From: Candidatus Cloacimonadota bacterium
Lineage (GTDB): Bacteria > Cloacimonadota > Cloacimonadia > G963667145
NCBI GenBank assembly: GCA_963667255.1
Contig: OY762940.1
Span: 1,175,702-1,239,701 of the forward strand
DNA: 64,000 nt
Reading direction: 5' to 3'
Numbering within the stretch: position 1 is the first letter of the stretch; every line of letters starts with the position of its first letter. Under the pieces are notes generated by a model. It saw only the letters and a program-made list of their open reading frames with translations. It did no database searches and was not told where the DNA came from. The position numbers and the translations under genes were made by a program. Below are positions 29,017 through 37,625 of this stretch, in pieces.

Positions 29017-29523
29017 GTGATGAAATTAAAGCTAAGAGATTTGACCATTTTGGCTTGTTTGACGGGATTTGCCATTTGCGGATATGCATTTGAATCTTTG
29101 ATTCCCAAGCCTTTACCTTTTTTCAGATTGGGCATTGCCAATATACCGGTTCTTTATCTGATTATTAAAAACAAATTTTTGCTTTCTTTTTTTGTGGCAA
29201 TAGGAAAGGTTGTCGGCGGTAATTTGCTTGTAGGAACTTTGTTTTCTGTTCAATTTGTTTTTTCTTTTTCGGGAACTGTTGTTGCTTGCCTATTTATGAT
29301 AAATTCTCGAATTTTCCTGAAAACCCTTGGCATTGTGGGCGTTAGTGTTATTGGGGCATATGTTTCATCTCTCGTGCAATTATATTTGGCATCTATAATG
29401 CTGTCCGACAATTTATTTTATCTGTTTGCTCCGTTTTCTCTTACTTCCATTTTTTCCGGCATAGTTGTTGGGATAACTGTTTTTTATATTGATGACAACT
29501 TGGAGATGAAATTGACATGGTAA
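29017..29523 (+). CDS. small polytopic membrane protein (Gx-transporter/DUF1393-like)
   Basis: 168 aa, 4-5 TM helices, Gly-rich membrane segments. Family call is tentative. Confidence 0.35.
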   Translation: MMKLKLRDLTILACLTGFAICGYAFESLIPKPLPFFRLGIANIPVLYLIIKNKFLLSFFVAIGKVVGGNLLVGTLFSVQFVFSFSGTVVACLFMINSRIFLKTLGIVGVSVIGAYVSSLVQLYLASIMLSDNLFYLFAPFSLTSIFSGIVVGITVFYIDDNLEMKLTW

Positions 29524-31937
29524 GAAAATATTTAAGAAACTATTTGTTTGTGCTTTTGGGTTTTCTTTCTTTGGGAATTGGGGTTGTTGTCAGTATTTTT
29601 TCCTTTTATAATTCCCAATTGCCACCATTGACAGCCATAAAATCTTTCGATTTTAAAACAGGCTCTGAGGTTTATGATAAGGATGGGAATCTTGTCTACA
29701 CTTTTGCTTATGAATCGAGAGAATATTTACCCATTAATGAAATCCCCGAGTATGTGAGCAAAACTTTGTGTGCCGTAGAGGACAAGAAGTTTTATGACCA
29801 CTGGGGCGTAGATATTTTGGGAATCATCAGAGCTTTGGTGTTTGGGGTAGTAGGAGGACAAAGAATCTCCGGGACCAGCACCATAACTCAGCAATTGGCA
29901 AAAAATATGTTCCTCTCTTCAGACAGGTCTTTCGGTCGAAAGATTAAAGAGGCTATGTTGGCGATCAAGTTAGAGGGAGCTTTTTCCAAGAGCGAAATTT
30001 TGGAATTTTATTTGAACAAAGTTTATCTTGGAGCGGGACAATTCGGCATTGAAGCTGCATCTCAAAGGTATTTTAAAAAATCTGCCCGTTACCTCAGCAA
30101 GTTGGAAGCAGCTTTTTTAATAGGACTTTTGAAAGCTCCCGAGGGATATTCCCCTTACAAATATCCTTTCGCTTCTATTGAGAGAAGAAACCTTGTTTTA
30201 CGCAGAATGCTGGCTGAGGGCGTTATTTATGAGAGCGAGTATGATGACTTCAGATACAAGTTGTTGCAATTTGCTTCACATAGCAAGAAGAGTAATTCTA
30301 TAGATTACTACATAGATTATGTGAAAAGGGAGTTGCTAAAAAGATATTCGGTTGACCAAATTTTTGGTGGTGGGTTAAAGATTTACACTCCTATGGATTT
30401 TGATTTGCAAAATTATGCCGATACGATTGCGAATGTGGAATTGGCAAAGGTAGAAAATAGGAATAGTTATGAAAAAAAATACAGCGATTATCCGACTGAC
30501 ACCACCGATTTCAATACAGATTATTTGCAGGTTGGGATACTCAGTATGGACCCGCGAACCGGTTATGTTCGAGTTTTAACAGGTGGTCGTAATTTTTCTC
30601 ATAGCAAATTTAACCGAATTATGCAGGCAAAAAGGCAGCCCGGGTCTTCTTTCAAACCGATAGTTTATTCCGCCGCATTGCGTGCAGGTTATACGCTTGC
30701 AACAGTTATCCAAGACGAACCTGTGGAATTTGTTGAGCACGACACGGTATTTTGGGAGCCTGTGAACTATTCCAGAAAGAATTACAGTTATTTGCGAATG
30801 AGGGAAGCTCTGAAAGAATCCAAGAATATTTATACCGTCAAAATGTGCTATGATATAACTCCAAAGAAAATTGTTTATATGGGTCGGAATTTTGGATTAA
30901 CGGGAAGGCTTACTTATTCGCAAAGCGTGGCTCTTGGGTCTCATGAATTGACCCCCAGCGAACTCATTAGTGCCTATTCTACTTTCGCCAACAAAGGGAA
31001 ACGAGTTGAACCGATTTTTATTACTAAAGTGGAAGATTCGCAAGGGAAAATTTTGTTTGAAACTGAGACTAAAGAAATTGAAGTTTTAACCGAACAAGAA
31101 GCTTTTTTGATGAACAGCATGCTTCAATCTGTGATAAAAGACGGGACTGGCACAAGGGCTCTTTGGATGGGATATCGCTGGACTGCCGGAGGTAAGACCG
31201 GAACAAGCAGTGATTTCCGAGATGCTTGGTTTGTCGGGTTTAACAAATTTTTGGTTACAGGAGTTTGGGTAGGATTTGACGATTTTAGTTCTATCGGCGA
31301 AGGGCAGGCAGGCTCTAATGTAGCTTTGCCTATTTGGACTAAAATTATGATAAAAGCCGTTCATGACAACAAAGAGTTCCGAAATGAGAGAAACGAAATT
31401 GATAGCAAAAAAATGGAATTTGAGAAGCCGGAAGGCATTGTAACCAAGAAAATATCCAGAGTTACCGGTCTTTTGCCACGAAGTGCAGGGGAGTCCGTGA
31501 TGCTTGAATACTTCATTGACGGAACTCAACCTACGATTTCTTATCCGTATCGCTACAATTTTGCTCCTACTTGTTACAAAAATAATGAAAAAAATAAATT
31601 GATTATCGATTTTGGTGGTGACCCGTTCGATTGGGAAGCAGCTAAAAATAAAGGGTTTGTTAAAGTTTACCCCGATAGTCTGAAACCTGATTTCTTTGTT
31701 TTGGAAAAATTCAAATTGCCCAAGGCTCCAAGTTATAGCGATGCCGCTGTTATCAGAGACAGAAAATATGTAGAAGATGAAAGACAAGCTGAAGTCGTCA
31801 GACAAGTAAATAAAGAAGACCAACTGATGGATAATCTGTTGGATAGCCTGTTGGTAAAGAGTTACAGAGAAAAGACTGTAGATACACTCGATTCACTCAC
31901 GGAAGAAGATTCGTCTTATTATGATGGACCTTTTTAG
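29517..31937 (+). CDS. mrcA: class A penicillin-binding protein (PBP1A-type transglycosylase/transpeptidase)
   Basis: GT51 motifs (EDKKFYDHWGVD, RQGSSTITQQ). Transpeptidase SSFKP, SKN, KTGT. Confidence 0.85.
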   Translation: MVRKYLRNYLFVLLGFLSLGIGVVVSIFSFYNSQLPPLTAIKSFDFKTGSEVYDKDGNLVYTFAYESREYLPINEIPEYVSKTLCAVEDKKFYDHWGVDILGIIRALVFGVVGGQRISGTSTITQQLAKNMFLSSDRSFGRKIKEAMLAIKLEGAFSKSEILEFYLNKVYLGAGQFGIEAASQRYFKKSARYLSKLEAAFLIGLLKAPEGYSPYKYPFASIERRNLVLRRMLAEGVIYESEYDDFRYKLLQFASHSKKSNSIDYYIDYVKRELLKRYSVDQIFGGGLKIYTPMDFDLQNYADTIANVELAKVENRNSYEKKYSDYPTDTTDFNTDYLQVGILSMDPRTGYVRVLTGGRNFSHSKFNRIMQAKRQPGSSFKPIVYSAALRAGYTLATVIQDEPVEFVEHDTVFWEPVNYSRKNYSYLRMREALKESKNIYTVKMCYDITPKKIVYMGRNFGLTGRLTYSQSVALGSHELTPSELISAYSTFANKGKRVEPIFITKVEDSQGKILFETETKEIEVLTEQEAFLMNSMLQSVIKDGTGTRALWMGYRWTAGGKTGTSSDFRDAWFVGFNKFLVTGVWVGFDDFSSIGEGQAGSNVALPIWTKIMIKAVHDNKEFRNERNEIDSKKMEFEKPEGIVTKKISRVTGLLPRSAGESVMLEYFIDGTQPTISYPYRYNFAPTCYKNNEKNKLIIDFGGDPFDWEAAKNKGFVKVYPDSLKPDFFVLEKFKLPKAPSYSDAAVIRDRKYVEDERQAEVVRQVNKEDQLMDNLLDSLLVKSYREKTVDTLDSLTEEDSSYYDGPF

Positions 31938-31975
31938 TCGTTATTTTAGATTATAATTTGGAAATTGGAGGAAAA

Positions 31976-33298
31976 ATGGAAAAAATCTTCGTTTTGGATA
32001 CAAATGTGATTATTCATAATCCCAACTCAATCTTTGCGTTTAAAGATTCCACGGTCGTTATTCCTATCACAGTCTTGGAAGAAATAGACAAATTCAAAAA
32101 CGGTTTGGATGAAAAAAGTCGTAACGCCAGAGAGTTCGGACGAATAATGGATAGGCTCAGAGAAAAATCTGGCTCCGATTTTAGAAAGGGTGTTCCCATC
32201 AAATCAGGCGGGAAACTTTTTGTCGGATTATCCAGTTTGATTTCTCAAAAGTTGCACGATTTGTTATTGGAGAAAAAAAATGATAATCTTATTATCAGCA
32301 CGGCATTGCATTTCAAAGAGAAAAATCCCGATAAGCGAGTTATTTTGGTTTCCAAGGATGTTAATGTGCGGATTAAAGCTGATGCTTTGGGCTTGGAGGC
32401 ACAAAATTTCAAAAATGATCAGGTGAAGTTTGATGAGATTTATACAGGTGTTAGAGAAATTGATTTGAGCGAGAAAGAGCATAAAGATTATAGCAAAAAC
32501 AACTATTTTGAACCACCAAAAAAAGCAAATGTTAAACCCAATGAATTTGCTGTTTTCAAGACCGAAGGTCGCAAGTCTTTGGCACGATACAGTGCCGAAA
32601 ACAAGCTTTTTTATCCTCTAAATTTTTATAAGGGCAGTGAATCTATATTTGGTATAGTTCCTCGCAATACAGAGCAAAGGATGGCGATGGATTTATTGCT
32701 TGATCCCGAGATAAAATTGGTAACTCTTTTGGGAACAGCTGGAACTGGTAAAACTTTTTTGGCATTAGCAGCGGGTATGGAGCAAGTTGTGCAAAAAGGC
32801 TTCTACAAAAAAATGGTCGTGTCCAGACCGATTTTCCCTATGGGTAAAGATATTGGGTATTTGCCTGGTTCCAAAAAGGATAAGTTCAATCCTTGGATGC
32901 AACCTATTTATGACAATATGGAAAAAATTATAGAGGATACGGAAGAGTCCAACAAGAAGCAAAAGAGAATTGATGATTATATCGATTTTGGATTGTTGGA
33001 ATTGGAGCCTCTCACATACATCAGAGGTCGAAGCCTTACCAATCAATATTTGGTGGTGGATGAAGCACAAAACTTGACCGCTCATGAGATAAAGACGATT
33101 ATTACCAGAGCGGGGGAAAAGACGAAGATTGTCTTCACGGGCGACCCTTATCAGATTGATGTTCCTTATCTCGATTCCGAGTCCAACGGATTGTCTGTTG
33201 CAGTGGAGAAACTGAAAGAAGAAAGTGCTGTCGGGCATGTAACTTTGGTGAAAGGCGAACGGTCGGAGCTTGCCAATATAGCAGCGAGAGATTTTTAG
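31976..33298 (+). CDS. PhoH-like ATPase with N-terminal PIN domain (YlaK-type)
   Basis: PIN-like N-terminus (IFVLDTNVIIHNP). Walker A GTAGTGKT. PhoH C-terminal region. GGAGG RBS before ATG 31976. The ORF-track start 31958 is TTG. Confidence 0.8.
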   Translation: MEKIFVLDTNVIIHNPNSIFAFKDSTVVIPITVLEEIDKFKNGLDEKSRNAREFGRIMDRLREKSGSDFRKGVPIKSGGKLFVGLSSLISQKLHDLLLEKKNDNLIISTALHFKEKNPDKRVILVSKDVNVRIKADALGLEAQNFKNDQVKFDEIYTGVREIDLSEKEHKDYSKNNYFEPPKKANVKPNEFAVFKTEGRKSLARYSAENKLFYPLNFYKGSESIFGIVPRNTEQRMAMDLLLDPEIKLVTLLGTAGTGKTFLALAAGMEQVVQKGFYKKMVVSRPIFPMGKDIGYLPGSKKDKFNPWMQPIYDNMEKIIEDTEESNKKQKRIDDYIDFGLLELEPLTYIRGRSLTNQYLVVDEAQNLTAHEIKTIITRAGEKTKIVFTGDPYQIDVPYLDSESNGLSVAVEKLKEESAVGHVTLVKGERSELANIAARDF

Positions 33299-33304
33299 AA
33301 AAAT

Positions 33305-34342
33305 ATGGATATTCCTCAATGTCGCAGTTGGGTAGAGGTAAATTTAACCAATTATCGCCAAAATATAGAGAAGCTAAAAAAGTTCATCCCGAAAGGGACT
33401 TCTATTTTGCAGATTGTGAAGGCTAACGCTTACGGTCACGGCTCTGTTACTATAGCCAAAGAGGCTTTGAAAGTCGGAGCTTCGCTTTTCGGAGTGGCAA
33501 ATTGTTGGGAAGGTGTGGAGCTTCGCAAAGGCGGAATCTTTGACACTCCTATTTTGGTTTTGTCTCCTTGTTTTGATTTTGAGATTCCTATTCTTAAAAA
33601 ATTCAATCTTACGCCTTCTGTTTCTACTCTGGAATTTGCTCGGGAATTTTCTGGCAAAGTGCATATAAATTTGGAGACGGGGATGGGTAGAAGTGGATTT
33701 GATGGGAGTTTGGCAGAATTGGAAGAAATCTGTGCTCTCCCCAATATTGAGGTTGAGGGAATTTATTCTCATTTGGCAGCATCTGAAGACGATTTTGATT
33801 ATACCGAGAACCAGTTAAAAAAATTTGAGGATATTTTGTCCAAATTGTCGTTTAAGCCCAAATACATTCATATTGCCAATAGTGGTGGCATTTTTTCTAT
33901 CAAGTCGCCCATTACCAATATGGTGCGGATTGGTTTGATGAGTTTCGGCGGACAAATTGGCTTTTTTGACAAGATTGATTTAGTTCCAGCTCTGTCTTTT
34001 AAAAGTAGAATTGCTATGATAAAAACCGCTAAAATTGGTCAGACAATTGGCTACAATAGAACATATAAAGCTATGACAGACATTACTTATGCCATTATTC
34101 CGGTTGGTTATGCCGACGGGTATAATTACCTTTTGAAAAATAAAGGCAATGTTCTTGTTAATGATAAGTTATGCCCTGTAATAGGCAAAATATCTATGGA
34201 TATGATTACGGTAGATGTAACAGATTTGAAAGTTTGTGTGGGAGATGAAGTCGTTTTGCTCGGCTGGCAACACCTCAAATTGTATCCCCAAAATGTAGCA
34301 GGTCTGTATGACGGCTCTGGTTACGAAATCCGTGTGCTGTAG
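33305..34342 (+). CDS. alr: alanine racemase
   Basis: PLP-lysine motif VKANAYGHG. 345 aa. Confidence 0.85.
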   Translation: MDIPQCRSWVEVNLTNYRQNIEKLKKFIPKGTSILQIVKANAYGHGSVTIAKEALKVGASLFGVANCWEGVELRKGGIFDTPILVLSPCFDFEIPILKKFNLTPSVSTLEFAREFSGKVHINLETGMGRSGFDGSLAELEEICALPNIEVEGIYSHLAASEDDFDYTENQLKKFEDILSKLSFKPKYIHIANSGGIFSIKSPITNMVRIGLMSFGGQIGFFDKIDLVPALSFKSRIAMIKTAKIGQTIGYNRTYKAMTDITYAIIPVGYADGYNYLLKNKGNVLVNDKLCPVIGKISMDMITVDVTDLKVCVGDEVVLLGWQHLKLYPQNVAGLYDGSGYEIRVL

Positions 34343-34405
34343 GTAGAAGAGCCCAGTGGGTGTATGTTGAGTAGTGAATATGTTAAATTTGTAGGTAATT
34401 GCTTT

Positions 34406-34434
34406 AAAAAGAGCCTCGAAAGAGGCTCTTTTCT
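34406..34434. terminator. rho-independent terminator downstream of alr
   Basis: aaaaagagcctcgaaagaggctcttttct. 7-bp GC stem, GAAA loop, flanking A/T runs. Confidence 0.65.
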
Positions 34435-34477
34435 GTTGTAAACTAGCTAAAAAAACAAAATTTAGGGGAGCGTGCAT

Positions 34478-35624
34478 TTAATTGGGTCTAATTTCCACTC
34501 CTTTTGAATAATTATTGAACCAAATTTTCAAAAAATGATTCATATTTTTTTCAGATTTAAATCCGTCTAAATTTTTTAATTTCCTATTCAATTGTCGATT
34601 AATATTTTCAATTTTATTTGTTGTTTTATCCAAAAAATCGTAATGAAAATGAGCAGTTAATAAACCAAAGTTTCGATTAATTGATTTAATAAAACGCTTA
34701 TGAATTTTTAGGCGAAAAAATTTTTCATAGTGATTAAGCGAACTTAAATTATTTTCAGCTTCTTGTAAAGTTTCAGCATTTAAAATGCTCTTAATCAAGT
34801 TCTTAAAGAAAATATTTCGTCTAAAAAACTTACTCTTTTTTGTTTTAGGAACATTGATATTAACGCTTCTTAAATAATGAACCAAGCAAATTTGATGTGG
34901 AACATCTTCAAAAAGTTGGTTAACTGGCTTAACAAAGCACATTGATATTAACGCTTCTTAAATAATGAACCAAGCAAATTTGATGTGGAACATCTTCAAA
35001 AAGTTGGTTAACTGGCTTAACAAAGCACTTCCCTCGCCCAAAATCTGACACAATCCCAATTATTTTGTTGTCATACATTTTTTTTAGTCTATTCAAAAAG
35101 TCTTCAGATGAACTACTATGTTCTCTATCATAAATCTTGTAATATATTGGTTTATCAAGTAGTTTGCTACTGGCGACTAAGACAACTTTTCGCTTACCGT
35201 TTATCTTAATTTCCTTGCCATCAATATAAATTGTTGTCTCATCTATATTGCTGTGTAACACATTATCCTGATATAAATTAGCTCGCTGAGGTATCCAATT
35301 AAGAATACTATTTTTACAAATCCCATGTCTTTTAGCAACTTCAGAAAGAGAACTTTTGGTTGAAATATAGTCAGTAACAACCTTATCTTTGAATTTTGGT
35401 GCAAAATGAGTTCTCTTATTATATCCAAAATTGGTAAAACTTATTTGGCAATCTTTACAATAAAATCGTTGAGTTTTGACTTTAATTTTCCCACGATTAG
35501 TTGTTCTTTCAGAGAAAATATATCCCTTCTTTTTTGTGTTTAAGCTATCACAATTTGGACAGTGTTTTTTTTGATTATACTCATGGCATTTTAATAAATG
35601 TTCATAACTTATTCTGTCAAACAT
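34478..35624 (-). pseudogene. DDE transposase with N-terminal zinc ribbon, disrupted by an 88-bp tandem duplication (frameshift)
   Basis: Two overlapping minus-strand ORFs (34929..35624 and 34478..34942). Both contain the same peptide GRGKCFVKPVNQLFEDVPHQICLVHYLRSVNINV. CPNCDSLN...CKDCQ zinc ribbon at the N-terminus. Confidence 0.7.
34851..35026. repeat. perfect 88-bp direct tandem duplication inside the transposase gene
   Basis: acattgatattaacgcttcttaaataatgaaccaagcaaatttgatgtggaacatcttcaaaaagttggttaactggcttaacaaagc occurs at 34851-34938 and again at 34939-35026. 88 is not a multiple of 3. Confidence 0.9.
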
Positions 35625-35685
35625 AATTAGGTCTTATTTCAGACCCAGTTATTTGCACACTCCCAAATTTAGTTGACGAGTTGTC

Positions 35686-36052
35686 TTGCAGGACAACAAT
35701 TTGAGTGTGAAAAAGATTAAATATTATGTTGATAGTAATGGCAAATGTCAAGTTTCAGAGTTTATAGAGAAATTGGAGACAAAAGTTAAAACAAAAATTC
35801 TTTGGACATTGAAGATTATCAGTGAAGAGAATAGAGTACCTGACAAATATTTTAAGAAATTGCAAAATACTGACGATATTTAGGAAGTAAGAGTTGGCTA
35901 TAATGGCAATGCTTTCAGGTTTTTAGGGTTTTTTTGATAATGGAGAATTGATTAGTCTAAATCATGCTTTTACGAAAAAGAGTCAAAAAACACCTGCAAT
36001 AGAGATAAAGATTGCCGAGAAGAGAAAGGAGGAATATTATGAGTGCTACTGA
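35686..36052 (+). pseudogene. HigB/RelE-superfamily (phage Gp49-like) type II toxin, inactivated
   Basis: MQDNNLSVKKIKYYVDSNG...KKLQNTDDI, then TAG (35884-35886), then EVRVGYNGNAFRFLGFF. After a 1-nt slip in the T-run near 35925 it continues DNGELISLNHAFTKKSQKTPAIEIKIAEKRKEEYYE. The reconstructed sequence matches the family signature. The TAG sits where a Trp (TGG) is expected. Confidence 0.65.
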
Positions 36053-36332
36053 TAGATGCATAGATTTTGATGAGCATTTAGAGCAAATGAAAAAAGATGA
36101 TCCGGTATTCAAAAAGGAGTTTGAAGAGGGTTATGAGGCTTTTAAAATTGGTGCTTTGCTCAAGGGAAGTAGACAAAAAGCTAATCTCACTCAAGAGCAA
36201 GTAGCCAAAAGGGTTAATACAACTAAAAATTTCATTTCACGCTTGGAAAATCATGCTAAGGATGTTAAATTTTCCACCTTGTGCAAATATGCAGAGGCTC
36301 TTGGAAAGAAAATCGAGATAAGAATTGTTTAA
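36039..36332 (+). CDS. HTH XRE-family antitoxin (HigA-like)
   Basis: AGGAGG RBS 7 nt upstream of ATG 36039. LTQEQVAKRVNTTKNFISRLEN helix-turn-helix. Overlaps the end of the toxin frame by 14 bp (toxin-first higBA-type layout). The ORF-track start 36012 lies upstream of the RBS. Confidence 0.7.
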   Translation: MSATDRCIDFDEHLEQMKKDDPVFKKEFEEGYEAFKIGALLKGSRQKANLTQEQVAKRVNTTKNFISRLENHAKDVKFSTLCKYAEALGKKIEIRIV

Positions 36333-36413
36333 TTATTGAAGGTTGAAAATCCCGCAAATACAGGAAAATAACACATATCCCTCAAAATATTGATCGAAAA
36401 TTTATAAATTATA

Positions 36414-36452
36414 CCGTTGTAATGAGCAAATGCTTGTCACAGCGGTTTTTTT
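36414..36452 (+). terminator. putative rho-independent terminator after the antitoxin gene
   Basis: ccgttgt...acagcgg stem (one G-U pair) followed by ttttttt. Confidence 0.4.
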
Positions 36453-36767
36453 ATTGTTCTGGCTGTCAAAATCAATGTGCAGAATACGAAGTTGACACAA
36501 AAACAAAAAAATAGAAGTGGGAAAACGCTAAAACAGGAATTCAGGAGTGTTTAGACTAAGGTCAAGTAAAAATCGGCTCTAAATGAAGCTATTGTAGCAT
36601 TCCGCAAAAAACCCTTGACCAAGAGTATCTCAAAATTATGTTAAGCGAGAGTTTGCTTATTTGGGTTCAATCTCTGATAATATATATTATGTAAACTTGG
36701 AGATATGACAAGCATCCTCTTTCATTTGAATGAGTTACGGATATTTTAAAATAAAAGGTTAAAACTT

Positions 36768-37625
36768 ATGAAAAGCATGACAGGTTTTGCGTCGGGAGAG
36801 TTTCAAATAGGCGAATTTAGAGGGCCTATTTCTATCAAGAGTGTCAATTCCCGCAATTTGGATATTATTGTAAAATTGCCGGCATTTATGGTCTCGTTGG
36901 AATCAAATCTCGTTCAGCTTGTAAAATCACGGATAAATCGAGGTCGATTTGTTGCTACGATTGATATTGATGTATCTAACTCCATTTCTTTAAAGCTAAA
37001 TACAGCCCTTTTTAGTCAATATTTGGACATTTATGAAAAGGCAAAAAAGATGTCGGGTCTTCCCTATAGTTTGGATTCTATTTTGCACAATAGCGAACTT
37101 GTTGGTACTCGGTTCGATATGGATAATGTTGAGCCTATTTTTTTGCAAGAGTTCGAGAAAATATTGGATGAGTTCATCGCTTCAGTGTCTGCTGAGGGCG
37201 ATAGTATGCGTAGTTTTTTTGTTGAGTCAATGCAAAAAATAGAGATATCCCTTGAAATTGTTGAAGGTCTCTTCCCTATTTATAGAGAAAAAAGATTTTT
37301 GCGATTGAAAGAGAATTTGCAAAACACATTGGAGCGTAATTTGGAACCGGACGAATTGTCGAAATCGTTATCCGAGGTAGCTTTTCTGATGGAACGGTCG
37401 GATGTTACGGAAGAAATTGAGAGATTGAAGCATCATATTAAGACTTTTAGCGAAAATCTGGAGGTTGAAAATTGCGGTAAAACCTTAAATTTCGTAGTGC
37501 AGGAGATGCAAAGAGAAGCAAATACTATGGGTTCTAAGTTTGCTTCCGAAGATGCTTTCCCCCATATTTTATTAATAAAAGAAGAGATAGAAAAGTGCAG
37601 AGAGATGGTTGCCAATGTTGAATGA
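36768..37625 (+). CDS. yicC: YicC-family stress-induced protein
   Basis: MKSMTGFASGEF N-terminus. C-terminal DUF1732-like helical region. 285 aa. Confidence 0.75.
   Translation: MKSMTGFASGEFQIGEFRGPISIKSVNSRNLDIIVKLPAFMVSLESNLVQLVKSRINRGRFVATIDIDVSNSISLKLNTALFSQYLDIYEKAKKMSGLPYSLDSILHNSELVGTRFDMDNVEPIFLQEFEKILDEFIASVSAEGDSMRSFFVESMQKIEISLEIVEGLFPIYREKRFLRLKENLQNTLERNLEPDELSKSLSEVAFLMERSDVTEEIERLKHHIKTFSENLEVENCGKTLNFVVQEMQREANTMGSKFASEDAFPHILLIKEEIEKCREMVANVE

Larger units (their letters stand above)
34458..35670 (-). mobile_element. degenerate IS element (IS1595-like by architecture) with imperfect terminal inverted repeats
   Basis: Left end aaatttaggggagcgtgcatttaattgggtcta. Reverse complement of right end aaatttgggagtgtgcaaataactgggtctga. 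This is about 27 of 33 positions identical. Single transposase gene inside. No clear target-site duplication seen. Confidence 0.6.

Noticed and set aside
35884-35886. The in-frame TAG inside the toxin gene might reflect stop-codon recoding.
   Set aside because: TAG terminates other well-supported genes in the window (psd ends in TAG at 47521-47523). TGA and TAA are also used as stops throughout. The toxin additionally needs a frameshift. Pseudogenisation is the simpler reading.
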